A DNA stretch of 64,000 nt from the human T2T-CHM13v2.0 reference genome, Homo sapiens. The stretch is taken from assembly GCA_009914755.4 (NCBI GenBank), contig CP068257.2:16160001-16224000 (forward strand), read 5' to 3'. Positions 15,317 to 28,300 of the stretch are shown one piece after another. The position numbers and the translations under genes were made by a program. The notes under the pieces were generated by a model. That model saw only the letters and a list, made by a program, of their open reading frames with translations, was not told the origin of the DNA and made no database searches. Positions within the stretch are counted from its first letter, which is position 1; each line of letters starts with the position of its first letter.

Positions 15317-16353
15317 TACAAAAATCTTAAACAAAAAAGTTGTAATACACTAGCTGATCACTGTAGTGAAAATGAAAATGCGTATTTGTGAGAGCTGAGA
15401 AATGACACCAGATAGAGAAGAAATTATTTGACTCTAATTTTTCTTACAAAGATTAAATTGGGATTTTAATATATAAAACCTTGAATATACATAGAATATT
15501 AAACGAAATAGTTCTAATTCAAATTGAGAATTGTCTTTTACACTGAAGGGAACTATGATTTCAAAAACAAAGGACTTATTCCATGCTTACATGCTGAGAT
15601 ATTATCAGAGCTGAAATGTTAAGAGATGGTACCTAAGGTAATATTTGTATATTCTCTATATAATGACTGAGAACCAGTTAAAAGGCTTATTTTAAAAAGC
15701 TAGAAAAGCAATTACGAAAATTTAGGGTTCTGTGGAAAAATTCGATCATGGCATGAACTCCATTAATGATGATTTGCCAGCAAACACTGGTTAGAAAAAG
15801 CTGGCTGAGAGAATAGCAAGGATAACCAATTAGGATTAGAACATCAGCCCTATTGCTATAAAATAACTATTGACAGTAGATCAATGGTATTAAGATCACA
15901 TATACTAGAACCAGACTGCCAGGCTTTAAAGTCCAGGACCAACAGTTATGAGCTGTGTGACTTCAAACTGTATTTCTTAGGTCGCCAAGGTTCAGTTCTA
16001 TCACATTTAAAATAGAAAATGACAGTAGTCATTCCAAAGCTATCTTGAGTTAAATAAGATAATCCACATAAGGGGTTTAGCACAGTGCCTGGCACATAAC
16101 AACAGCTTGCCATCACCACTACAGCAACCCTGGGCAGTCCAACTTTTTGGCTGTTTCCTTAAATGTAAAATACAGGGTTTGGACTAGATAATTTCTAATG
16201 TCTTTACTCATCTAAAATTAAAATTCTACAATGTATCAACAATATACAAGCCAACTCTATTTCCAAAGAACATAAATTTGGATTTTCACCCCAGCATGAT
16301 TTAAGTACTGTAAAAGAAACTTATTTTTAAGATATCCTTTTATTTTTATTTAA

Positions 16354-16470
16354 TTTTTTAGAGATGGGGTCTTGCTATGTTGCCCAAACTGGACTTGAAC
16401 TCCTAGGCTCAAGCAATCCTCTCACCTTAACCTCTGGAGTAGCTGAGATTGTAGGAACACACCACTGTTC
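16354..16470 (-). mobile_element. Truncated Alu fragment
   Basis: 'ttttttagagatggggtcttgctatgttgcccaaactggacttgaactcctaggctcaagcaatcctctcaccttaacctctggagtagctgagattgtagg'. Confidence 0.6.
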
Positions 16471-17535
16471 CTGTTATGTCATCTTTTGAAATTAGCTATA
16501 ATCACTACATTTATTAAAGCTGAAGTTATAGATATTCTATGTAATCCACAAGAAATCCATAATCTTCCATCACATACTGTTTGGTGACCATAATAATTTC
16601 TGAATAACAAGTCCTAACAGGAATTTCAAGGTATATAATCCCCCACTATATTTTTTTAAACAATAAGAACATTTCATACCCCATACTTAGTAAACAGAAA
16701 ATAAAGATCATGAAAAATTTCAAATATATAATACAGAAAAAAGGAAAGAACTATTTTGAAACTGTCCAAAATCTAGAGGTTTAATAAAGTCTCTCTACTG
16801 ATATGTTACAACTCAAAACTCAAATTACAGGCCAAATTTTTTTTGCAGGAATATTAAGGTTTTTTTTAGTATGACTCATAAATATCTAAACCAAAAATCA
16901 ATTGTAATATGACAACACTAACTGCACCAACCCAAATAAATCCTTCCAATAGGGCTTTTTTTTGGGGTTTCTTTTTGGATTTGGAGAATTTTTCTTCATA
17001 TATCTTAGGGACATTATTAAAAAAATTTTAAAAACCTTTTCAGGTTTTAAAAATTACCAACAGTGTGTGTGATCACTGAAAAGAGGTTAATCTAAAAATT
17101 TTAAAGTATTTTTCCAGATAATAAGATCATACTGGTGAGAAAAGAGTTCGGGCTCATCTCACTCAAATACTTGCATAATAGGCTCGAAAGAATAAAAAAA
17201 TTGTTATGTTACTTCTTAATATAAAAAACACACAGGTCTGTTAAAATCTGACAATTCAATAAGCTCTCAAACCAGAAAACACGTTTCCCAGTCAACACTC
17301 ATACTTATTTCTGTATTAGGAAAAATGGGGTTGTTGCAGGGGTCTTTAAAAAAAAAAGATTTCTCTTAAATTCGTAACTCTGTTAACTGCACCTTCATTT
17401 CCAGAAACCTTATCTTTAACAAATCTCTACACTATTCATACTTAGCACAATTTCCAATCATTGAAGATATTTTAGTTTTACCTTACAATCAGTACAAAGC
17501 AGCTGTGTTAAATTCATTCCATAAGATCAAAACTA

Positions 17536-17784
<249 letters not shown>

Positions 17785-18094
17785 TCATTTAAAGCAAAAG
17801 CTCCATCAAACAAGCATCGCCATACTTGCACTCCAACATTGCACTTTTCCTGTGGAAAGACACAAAGCTAGTAAAACTTAAAGCCAGGCCATAGGTGACA
17901 CTATGTCCGTGTCTTTTTTGTCCTATAGTTGATTGGGTTAGTGGCACCTGAAGGAAAGAGATTTGCCGGCATTCTAGTCCTCCTCCTTCGTCCCCCAACC
18001 TCGAATAATCAGAGGGCTTAGCAGCGAGGCCTTTTCAGCTACCAGGTTCTGTCAACCTAGTTAACGCTGTGAGAAACAGGAAAAACGACCTGCA

Positions 18095-19110
18095 CGGGAC
18101 ACTGCTTTGCTAACTTCATTGGGGGAACCTCAGATGCGCCTCGCGAACTCGGAGTTGCGAAGCTTCGCATCGAACGGAGATCGGCGGCAGCAAAATGCAC
18201 GTGGGTACCGAATACCCGGGGAGGGCGTCCCGCCGTGTCCGGGGCAACTACACCGAAGGCCGAGCGGCGGCTTCACGGTACCGGCCGGGCACCGCCGGAG
18301 GGGCCCAAGCCGGAGCTGGGAGAGCCGCGGCATCCTGGAGCCCGGCGGGCGGGAGAGTCTCGTCCCATCGCTCCGGGATTCCTCCCAGAGGGAAGAAAGC
18401 GTCCGAGGGCCACGGCGGCCGGTCCGCCCAGCCTCAGCGTCTCGGGGAGCCGGGTCCTGGCCCGGCCTTCGGCGTTGGGGGCGCGCGGCCGCCCCCAGGG
18501 AGTCGCGGACCCAAGTCCGTCTTTCCGTCGGTCTGTCCGTCGGGGCGCCTGGCGCGCAGCAGCGCGAGGGGCCACGGGGCTCGGAACTCGAAGGAGGCGG
18601 AACGATGGGACTGGGGGTCGGGGCTCAGGTGGGATGGGAGCAGGGCTGCGGGGTCTTTACCGTCCGGCTCCGCGGGCCACCACCGCCGTTCCGTGCGGCT
18701 CGGGTTCCTCCACTATTGTTTCCGGCCGCAGCAGAGGCGGCCGCCGCGCGCCTGGCCCCGCCCTCTCCCGCCGGCGCCATCCCGTAAAGGCTGCGGGGAG
18801 GGTGGCGCGGCCGCGGGCACACCTGCGCGCTCGCCGGGCTGCTGTGGGTCCGCCCCTCCGCTCCTGCACCGACGCCGCACCTTCGCCTCGAGTTCTCCTG
18901 TGATCCCGTGTTTCCTGGCCGGAGTTTCTTACCGTTCTCTGGAACGTAGCTCCTCACACACCCCTCCTCGAGGTGCGTAGATAGACGAATCCGTTCCACC
19001 TCTCCCTTCAGCCTAGTGCAAACTACTGCCCCGGGGCGGGGGCCGCAGGCGGCGGGGGTAGGAAAGCCGCGGGTGGATGGCAGAACGGGAGAGGTGCGTG
19101 GGTGGCACTT
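18095..19110. promoter_or_regulatory. CpG island. Probable promoter and non-coding first exon of the minus-strand gene whose ATG exon is at 17550-17683. Possibly a bidirectional promoter.
   Basis: About 1 kb of more than 70% G+C with no CpG depletion (dozens of CG dinucleotides, e.g. 'gcgcctcgcgaactcggagttgcgaagcttcgcatcgaacggagatcggcggc'). Multiple GC boxes 'ggggcggg' / 'ccccgccc'. The surrounding sequence is AT-rich and CpG-poor. Minus-strand donor candidates 'AACG|gtaagaaa' (exon end 18932) and 'GACG|gtaaagac' (exon end 18661). Plus-strand donor candidate 'CTCGAG|gtgcgtag' (exon end 18972). Confidence 0.7.
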
Positions 19111-20545
19111 TGACTTCAGGAGAAAGAAGCAGAATACTGTCACTGAACTTATAGTTAAGTGCCAGTTGAAGTATCTAACGAAGGAAAAGTTCATATTCAG
19201 GTGTCATGATAGAGGCATAATTTCAAATACAGAATCTTTTCAAATACATTATTTGTTGTGGGGCGCCCCTGCCCCCAATATGGTACATCCCTCAACGCCC
19301 ACGGGAAAAATCCCGAAGCCCCACCTCTTATTTTTAGGTCCTGCTTGGTTCTCAAATTCTTTGCTTGACTTTTGTTTAAGCTATTCTGGTTTTTTTAGGG
19401 TATGGTTCTTGCAGTACTTTCACTTACATTTTCCATTGTAGTCCTCACAGTAACCTACAGAGGAGAAACAGGAACTGTTCTCTCATGTTGCAGCCTACGA
19501 GTAATTGACCCAGGTTATCACAGTTGGTTAGAAAAAGGCTGGGACTTGAACCGAAGGCTACTGACCTAAGATCAATGTTATTTTCTACAGCATCATATGT
19601 ATGTGTTCTGGTTGCACTCACATAGAAAGAGGGCTAGCCTGTCAATCTACATGTAGGCATTCTTGAACTGATGGTTAGGAATGGACTGTCTAGATCTTGG
19701 AAACTTCTGGGCCAAATTAGCACTCCAGTTATGGCATTTGTGCCTCGCAGGAGCGATCTGTGTCCTTGCCACCTAAATTGTAGTAGATGAACAAACAACA
19801 TTGACATTACTTGGTTTCCTGTTAGAAATGTAGAATCTCAGGCCCCACTCGAGATTTCCTAAATCAATACTTGCACTTTAACAAGACCGCCAGGAGATTC
19901 CTATGTTCATCGAAGTTTGAGATGCACTAATTGAAATGAAAAGCCTGTGCTTTTTCTCTTCGAATTTCTCATTCTAGGTAACTACGACTAAGATACCTTG
20001 CATGTTGGATTCTACCCATCTTTTCAATAAAAAGCATTCTTTTAAAAAGGACTCTTTTAAAGTGATTCAATAAAAGTGTTCTAAAATCACTAAAATTTAA
20101 AAATTGAAACAAGTTATTTTCACTTCTCAGAATTGTCTTCCTTCCTATGGCATTTCACATTGTTTACTTGCTATTCTTAAAACTCTTCTCTCTTGTTGTT
20201 GGCTTTTTAAAAAAAATCAAGGAATAATTTACAGAAATAAAATGCTTCCATTTTAAAAGCATTATTTGATGAGTTTTGGCAAATACATACACTTGAGTAA
20301 CCACCACCCCAGTGAGGATACAGAACATTTCCACAGCCCCGACATTTCTTTCTGTTCCTTTCTGGTCAAGCTCCTTCAACATGGGATCTAATTTATATGA
20401 CGAAGTGTTTTAGTTTTGTCTGTTATAGGAATTCATATACATAGAATTAAGCAGTGTGTGTTCATTTGTGATTGGCTATTGTCATGCAGCATGTTTTTGA
20501 GATTCACGATGGTATTTTGTAACAGTGGTTTCTTTTCACTGCTCG

Positions 20546-21800
20546 TCTTAGTCAGTTTGTGTTCCTATAAAGGAATACCCAAGGCTGGATAATTTATATA
20601 GAAAACAGGTTTATTTGGCTCATGGTTCTGGAGGCTGTACAAGAAGCATGGTGCCAGCATCTGTTTCTGGTGATGGCCTCAGGCTGATTCCATTCATGAT
20701 AGGAGGCAAAGGAGAGCCAGTATGTGCAGAGATCATGTGGCCTGAGAGTGAGCAAGAGAGAGAGGGGAGGAAATTCCAAGCTTGCTCTCTCTTTATTTAT
20801 TTTTTATTTTTTATTTTATTTTATTTAAAAACGAGTTCCACTGGGAATTAAGAGTGGGAATTGATTCACACCCTAGAGAATGGCACCAAGCCATTCATCA
20901 GGGATCCATAACTAAGCTCCAACCCCTTGCTCTCCACTCCCCAACCAAGCTTCACCTCCAACGCTGGGGATCAGTGGGGCATGGGGGCTCATACCTGTAA
21001 TCTTAGCACTTTGGGAGGCTGTGGTGGGCTGATCGTTTGTGTCTAGGTGTTCGAGACCAGCCTGGGCAACATCGTGAAACCCCATCTCTACCAAAAAACC
21101 CCACAAAAATTAGCCAGGCAGGGTGGTGCATGCCTGTAGTCCCATCTACTCAGAAGGCTGAGGTGGGAGACTGGCTTGAGTCCTAGAGGTGGATGTTGTG
21201 TGAGCTGAGATTGTGCCACTTCACTCCAGCCTGGGTGACAGAGTAAGACTCTGTCTCAAAAAAAAAAAAAAAAGAGAAAAAGATGTCCACACCCTAATTC
21301 TTGGATATTTTGAATATGTATGTAACATAGCAAAAGAGACTTTGTAGATATAATTAAGGTTATAAACTTTAAAATAGGTTTTCCTGGATTATTGCGCTGA
21401 GCCCAATCTAATCACATGAACCCTTATAACCAGAGATCTTTCTCCAAGTAAGCTCAGAGAAATGTAGCAAAGAGAAAGTCAAAGTGATTAGAAGCATGAG
21501 AGGGACTTGACCCACCATTGCTCTAGGAGCAAACACTGGTCTCCAGCTGGTAGCCAGCAAGGAAATGGGAGCTACAGTCTTTAAACTGCAAGGAACAGAA
21601 TTCAGCCAACAGCCTGCATAGATTGAGAAGCTCATTTGAACAATCTTCCAACACTTTGATTTCAGCCTTATGAGATTCTAAATAGAGGAGTCAACTGAAT
21701 CATGCTGTACTGGAATTTTTACCTACAGAACTGTGAGATAAGAAATGGGTGTTGTTTCAAGCCATTAAACTTGTGTTAGTTATGCCAGCATTACAAAGAT
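20546..21800 (+). mobile_element. MaLR MLT-type LTR (about 0.9 kb) split by an Alu
   Basis: Starts 'gtcttagtcagtttgtgttcctataaaggaatacccaaggctggataatttatatagaaaacaggtttatttggctcatggttctggaggctgtacaagaagcatggtgccagcatctg'. Resumes after the Alu with 'caatctaatcacatgaacccttataaccagag ... cctacagaactgtgagataagaaatgggtgttgtttcaagccattaaacttgtgttagttatgccagcattacaaag'. Confidence 0.55.
20972..21276 (+). mobile_element. Alu SINE nested in the MLT LTR
   Basis: 'ggggcatgggggctcatacctgtaatcttagcactttgggaggctgtggtgggctgatcg ... cactccagcctgggtgacagagtaagactctgtctcaaaaaaaaaaaaaaaag'. Confidence 0.9.
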
Positions 21801-22454
21801 TGAATGTCGAAATTTTTAAAGAAGGTTGAGATTTATTTTGGGAAGATGTTACTCTAGTGGCTGATCAGCTTGCTTCTTTAGAGACTTGTTTGTAAACCTT
21901 GTGAGGGTCTACACTATCATTTTGTAATATGGATATCTTAGTCCAGTCCTTGAAGAGTGGCTTCTTAGACCCTCTATTGTATGTCATGGGTATTTAATAA
22001 AGATTCTGCACTCTAGTTGATTAAAACTCAAATGACTCCTGTCCCTGTGAGTTCCAGCAGGTGTTCAGTTTGTAGTTCCCCAGTAATTGTTCTTTCGGTG
22101 ATAGTTATTTTTTTGCCCTGGTATTTAAATTTTCTGTAAAGTCTCGCCCTATACATGCACAGCTTAGTATTCAGCCAAAGACTTAAAGAAAGAGTATTCT
22201 GAAACTCTATAGTTTTTCCTTTCTGCCAGTTTTTATTGCAAATTCCAGCCCGTCTTAGACTCCCCAAACTCAAATCTTTTTCTCCCCAGAGCAACTTTGC
22301 TTGGATTTCCTTATGTGGACCATGGTCTGAAAGTACTTCCATGCATAAAATCAGGGTAATTATAGGTCTCCTCTCATTTGTTTCTTTCCTATTATGGATC
22401 ACATGTTTGTACTGTCTGTGTTTCAGTGTCCTAGAATTCATATTTTCTAGATTT

Positions 22455-22612
22455 TGGTTGTCTGCTGCCATGTGAGATGTGCTTTTCACCTTCCACCATG
22501 ATTGTGAGGCCTCCCTGGCCAATTGGAACTGTAAGTCCATTAAACCTCTTTCTTTTGTAAATTGCCCAGTCTCAGGTATGTCTTTATCAGCAGTGTGAGA
22601 ACAGATTAATAC
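22455..22612 (+). repeat. 3' fragment of a MaLR LTR
   Basis: 'ctgctgccatgtgagatgtgcttttcaccttccaccatgattgtgaggcctccctggccaattggaactgtaagtccattaaacctctttcttttgtaaattgcccagtctcaggtatgtctttatcagcagtgtgagaacagattaataca'. Confidence 0.5.
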
Positions 22613-23176
22613 AGATTCCTAACTAAGCCTAAAGTCAAAGTAATGTCTGTTTTAGGCCAAGAGCTAATTACAAAACTAGTTATTGTATATCGCTTTATAG
22701 TTTATAACACATTTTTGCACACTTCACTGAGTTACTAAATTAGTAAGAATTGTAGTTAGTTAAAGGTAAAATCCTTGACTATTCAAAGACCTAGGCTTTG
22801 AACCTGTACAGCATATGACTGTACTGAATACTATAGGCAATTATAAGGCAATGTATTTGTGTATCTGGACATACTAAAGGTATAGTAAAAATACTGTATA
22901 AAAGAAAAAAATGGTATATCAGGCACTGATTGTGAATGGAGCCTGCAGGAGTAAAAGTTGCTCTGAGTGGGTCAGTGAGTAAATGGTGACTGAATGTGAA
23001 GGCCTAGGACATTACTAAAAATCACTGTAGACTTTATAAACACTGCACATGTATACTACACTGTTTATTTTATAAATTTTTCTTTCATCAATAATTAACC
23101 TTAGCTTACTATAAATTTTTTACTGAATAAACTTTAATTTTTTAAATATTTTGACTATTTTGTAATAACAGCTATA

Positions 23177-24240
23177 TTAGTCCATTTTCACACTGCTCTA
23201 AAGAACTACCTGAGACTAGATAATTTATGAAGAAAAGAGGTTTAATTGACTCACAGTTCCACAGGCTGCACAGGAAGCATGGATAGAATAGGAGGCCGTA
23301 GGAAACTTACAACCATGGCAGAAGGCAAAGGGGAAGAAAGCATGTCTTATCATGGTGGAGAAGGGGAGAGAGACAGAGCAAGGGAGGAAGTGCCACCCAC
23401 TTTCAAATAACCAGATCTCGTGAGAACTCACTCACTATAACGAGAACGGCAAGGGAAAAGTCTACCCTCATGATTCAATCACCTCCCACCAGGCCCCTCC
23501 CCCGACATGTGAGGATGACAATTCAAGATGAAATTTGTGTGAGCACACAGAGCCAAACCATATCATTCCACCCTGGCCCCTCCCAAATCTCACGTCCTTT
23601 TCACATCTAAAATCACAACCATGCCTTCCCAACAGTCCCCCAAAGTCTTAACTCATTCCAGCATTAATTCAAAAGCCCAAGTCCAAAGTTTCATCTGAGA
23701 CAAGTCCCTTCTGCCTATGAGCCTGTAAAATCAAAAGCAAGTTAGTTGTTTCCAACATACAATGCGGATATAGACTTTGGATAAATACTTCCATTGCAAA
23801 AGGGAGAAATTGGCCAAAATAAAGGGGTTACAGGCCCCATGCAAGTCTGAAATCCAGTGGGGCAGCCATTAAATCTTAAAGTTCCAAAATAAACTCCTTT
23901 GACTCCATGTCTCACATCCAGGGCACACTGATGCAAGAGGTGGGCTCCCAAGGTCTTGGGCAGCTCTGCCTACATGGCTCTGCAAGGTACAGCCCCTGAG
24001 GCTGCTTTCATGAGCTGGCTTTGAGTGCCTACGGCTTTTCCAGGTGCAAGGTGAAAGCCGTCAGTGGATCTACCATTCTGGGGTCTGGAGGACAGTGGCC
24101 CTCTTATCACAACTCCACTAGGCAGTATCACAGAGGGGACTCTGTGTGGGTGCTCCAACCCCACGTTTCCCATCTGCACTGCCCTAGTAGGTCTCCATGA
24201 GGGAGACCAACAATATCTGTTAGAGAGATCGCATAATGTT
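23177..24240 (-). mobile_element. 5'-truncated THE1/MST-type MaLR element: 3' LTR at 23177-23565 plus about 0.7 kb of internal sequence
   Basis: Reverse-complement LTR ('ttagtccattttcacactgctctaaagaactacctgagactagataatttatgaag ... cacagagccaaaccatatca'). Followed by reverse-oriented MaLR internal sequence whose translation (ORF 23970-24179, minus strand, '...QMGNVGLEHPHRVPSVILPSGVV...') parallels the internal ORF of the plus-strand element at 7565-7966 ('...QMGNVGLEPPQRVPIVALPSGAV...'). Confidence 0.65.
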
Positions 24241-24951
24241 TTTTTCTGAAAATCATTGCATTTCCTCTACAATGGTGAAAATTTTTCTCATCATTTAAAG
24301 TCCAATTCAAATGAATGTCTGCTACAAAAATATCTCTAGTCCTTTTACTTTCCTGAATTCCCACAATGCTTGCTCATAGCACTACTATTTTTAGTATGTT
24401 TTTCTGACATGGCCCCATTTTTAAAATAAAGGATTTAGTATATTCAATATATCCATCCACCCATCTCTCACCTATTTGTTTCTCCTCCTATGTTATCTAA
24501 TTCTCTCCAATTAGAGAGGTGCTTTTTCCATTTAGCCAGGAAGATTGGCATATGTAGCCCCAGGCTCAAAGCCTTCTGGTACCATGATCCTGAAGGTACT
24601 GGAAATTCAAGATGGTGTGACTGATTGACTGAATTATTATTTCTACTTCTTCACCCCCTTTCACTTACATGTGACCTTATAGTTCACTGTAGTGAGCAGA
24701 ATATATTTCCCCATCCCAATGAGATATTAATGAACATGACAGTGAGCAGAGACCTTAAATGTGCTTGTGTGCCTTAGCTTGGCTTCTTTATCTCTGTCAT
24801 ATGTCACAAGAAGACCTTCATCCAGGTATTTGCTGGTCCAAGAAAGATGAGAGAGATGTAGAGATCAAACAGATTGAAGGGTCCAACTTGCAGCCTAGCT
24901 CTGGGTTGCCCCAGCTGACCTATAGATCCATGATGTTGGTTATTAAAGTAC

Positions 24952-25336
24952 TGATATGGTTTGTCTCTGTGTCCCCACCCAAATCTCATGTTGAATTCTA
25001 ATCCCCAATGTTGGGGAAAGGACCTTGTGGGAGGTGATTAGATCATGGAGGTGGATTTCCCCCTTGCTATTCTGGTGATAGTGAGTTCTCATGATATATG
25101 GTTGAAAGTGTGTAGCATTTTCCCCTTTGCACTCTCTCTTTCCTGTCACTATGTGAAGATGTGCTTGCTTCCCCTTCACCTTCCACCATGATTGTAAGTT
25201 TCTTGTGGCCTCTCCAGCCATGCTTCCTGTACAGCCTGTGGTACTGAGTCAATTAAACATCTTTTCTTTATAAACTACCCAGTCTCAGGTAGTTTTTAAT
25301 AGCAATGTGAGAACAGATTAATACAAGTACTGGGGG
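24952..25336 (+). mobile_element. Solo THE1/MST-type MaLR LTR, opposite in orientation to the neighbouring truncated element
   Basis: 'tgatatggtttgtctctgtgtccccacccaaatctcatgttgaattctaatccccaatgttgg ... ctacccagtctcaggtagtttttaatagcaatgtgagaacagattaatacaa'. Confidence 0.7.
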
Positions 25337-25851
25337 TTGTACAATTATGCAACATTTTGCAGTGATAGCTGATTAATACAGCGGGATTCTGAATGGCCAA
25401 ATGTGATTCATATGCTTGTCTCTGAATCAAACACAATTGCTAGTACTTTAATTGGCCAGGCTCTATTACATTTCCAGCTCTTCCTCCATTCCCAAATGAT
25501 TGAAGTTGGCTCAGGAGTGGGGGTGTAGGAATTAAAATTTGATCTCAAGATATGGAAGACAAGTTTCCCAAAAGGAAAGTGGTTGCTCTTACCAGAGGAA
25601 GGGAATTGGTTTGAAACCTATTAAGCAGGAAAAATCTATCTGTCATAATCTAGTCTGGTACTCTTTCTACATCATTATTTATTGCTAAATTTTAAGCTGA
25701 TTTGTATGCAGAAACTCTGCCTTACTCATCTTGTGTTTAACACTTACAAATTATAATGTCTTATAATTTGTGTTTGAATCCAGTAGGATTAAGTTTCACT
25801 GCAAGTAATATAAAAATCCCCAAGTAACAGTGACATAAAAAGTTGGACATG

Positions 25852-26153
25852 GGCAGACATGCTGGCTCATGCCTGTAATCCCACCACTTTGGAAGCCTGA
25901 GGCAGGAGGGTCACTTGAGTCCAAGAATTCATGACCAGCCTGGGCAACATGGTGAAACCCCATCTCTACAAAAAAATACCAAAAAAATTAGCCGGGTGTG
26001 GTGGCGCAGGCCTGTAGTACCAACTACTCAGGAGGCTGAGGTGGGAGGATTGCTTGAGTATGGGAGGTCAAGGCTGCAATTAGCTGGGATTGTGCCACTG
26101 AACTCCAGCCTGGGCAACAGAGTGAGACCTTGTCTCAAAAAAAAAAAAAAAAA
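25852..26153 (+). mobile_element. Alu SINE
   Basis: 'ggcagacatgctggctcatgcctgtaatcccaccactttggaagcctgaggcaggagggtcacttgagtcc ... ' with a poly(A) of about 18 nt. Confidence 0.9.
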
Positions 26154-26262
26154 AGTTGTACTTTATTTTTTTCTCTTATGTTGAAGACTAGAATTGAGCA
26201 GCCAGGGTGAGTGTGGTGACTCTGATTTTCAAAGTTCTTAAGCATGCATTTTGCTTTGTTTT

Positions 26263-26350
26263 TTTTTTCCATGAGACAGAGTTGCTCCGTCACCCAGGCT
26301 TGAGTTTAGTGGTGCAATCTTGATTTACTGCAATCTCCGTCTTCTAGACT
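26263..26350 (-). mobile_element. Alu fragment of about 90 bp
   Basis: 'ttttttttccatgagacagagttgctccgtcacccaggcttgagtttagtggtgcaatcttgatttactgcaatctccgtcttctag'. Confidence 0.5.
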
Positions 26351-26588
26351 CAAACTGAGGTGGGGGCTTGGGGACCACATCTTTATTCCAGATGACCATA
26401 TGGCCAGCTAAAAGTCAGGGCTTCTAAAAGAGGGAGCATAGATATTGCAATTTCAGCAAGCAATCTCTACTGCAGTGCTCAATATTTATTAAATGAATGA
26501 ATCACATTAAAAATTAAAACTGATTAATAAACACTAACAATTAAATTTTTAATCTTAGATGAAATGCTGGATTAAAGAATATATTTGA

Positions 26589-26942
<354 letters not shown>

Positions 26943-28129
26943 TTATTTCAGTTTTATTCATCCATTTTCTAAAAGTGTAATCCTTATAAGATTCTACACA
27001 GGGAGTCTAGCGCTGCTCTTTTGGAATCTTTAACCCTGAAGAAAATATCACTCTTAAAATTATGGCTCCTCTAAAGCTTAGACAAGCATCCCTCTGAAAG
27101 TTTGAGATACAGATATTTGCATTAAAGGGATTTATTACCTATAGTTTTAGTAATGCTGACATTATGGGTAAGCTGTCTGCTGATCCATTGTCTTGTTTTG
27201 CAAGCAGAACAAAGCAAACCTATTTCTAGTCTATGGATAAATTCTGTGTTGGCATTTCTGGGAGAAGATTGGGAGTTAACTACCAAGCTATTGATTTTTT
27301 TTGTGTCTGCTGTGAGCCAAATCCAGTCTTCAGTAATGTGCACAGTCCCCCCTGTTAAATTCAAGGTGATAAAAGGAAAGTTTAGTATTGATGTCTGAAG
27401 TTAGAAAAGTCTGTTTCATAATTTACCAGAGGTTTATTTTTATATTCCATTGTGTAAGTATCAGTCTTTGGGTATAGAATACTCAAGCTAGAAATTAAAA
27501 TCCAGACGTGTTTCTGAGTTTACTATTGGTGTACCCATTGAATGAGATACAATTTTGAAGTTTGATGCTGAGAGAAATATAGCATTGTTAAAAGAAAAAC
27601 CTTAGACAAATTAAATTTAACAGAGTTGAATTGAGCAAGAAGAAAATGATTCGCAAATCAGGCAGCCTCCAGAATCACAGCAGATTCATAGAGATTCCAG
27701 GGATGCCTCGTGGTCAGAGCAATTTATAGAAAAAAAAAAAAAAGGAAAGAAAAGAAAGTGACATACAGAAAATGGAAGTGAGGTACAGAAACAGCTCGAT
27801 TGGTTACAGCTTGGCATTTGCCTTATTTGAACACAGTTGGAACACTGAGCAGTGTGTGAGTGGCCAAAGTATGGCTCCTGGGATTGGCTGAGATTCAGTT
27901 ATTGCCACAGAAGCATTCTCCTAAGTTAGGTTTTCAGTCTTGTCTACCTGCTACGTTAGGTTATGGTTTGTCCAATAGGACTCAAGTATGGAAATAGAGA
28001 GGCTTTCTCAGGCCATATTTAGTTCCATTTAACAGCATTAAGGGTAGTAAAAAAAAGTACAACTTTTTTGCTTTTCTGCTTTTTTAATTTCTACTAAACA
28101 CTATTTTTTTCACAAAAGTTAAAACCAAT

Positions 28130-28300
28130 GAAAAATGAAATTCCTTCATTCAATCAATCATTGATTTATTCATTCAATAATTATTTATTAAATGCACATT
28201 ATATGTGAGATACTGTGCCGGGTATTAGTTACACAGTAGAGAGCAAAACAAAGTTCTTCCTCTTGAGAAATTTACTGCTTAGTATAAGCAAAAGGCATTA
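28130..28300 (-). repeat. MIR SINE relic
   Basis: 'cattcaatcaatcattgatttattcattcaataattatttattaaatgcacattatatgtgagatactgtgccgggtattagttacacagtagagagcaaaacaaag' resembles the reverse complement of the MIR 3' region ('...aataaatatttattgagcacctactatgtgccaggcactgtgctagg...'). Confidence 0.4.

Noticed and set aside
18107-19194. Cluster of long overlapping ORFs (226, 261, 222, 189, 100 and 70 aa) on both strands inside the CpG island
   Set aside because: They overlap in every frame and on both strands, and encode Arg/Pro/Gly/Ala-rich low-complexity peptides. They have no start context or splice logic. This is the usual artefact of stop-codon-poor GC-rich sequence, not coding.
22028-22540. 170-aa minus-strand ORF
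   Set aside because: It runs through the MaLR LTR fragment at 22455-22612 and AT-rich unique DNA. It is Lys/Asn-rich with no domain and no splice or start signals.
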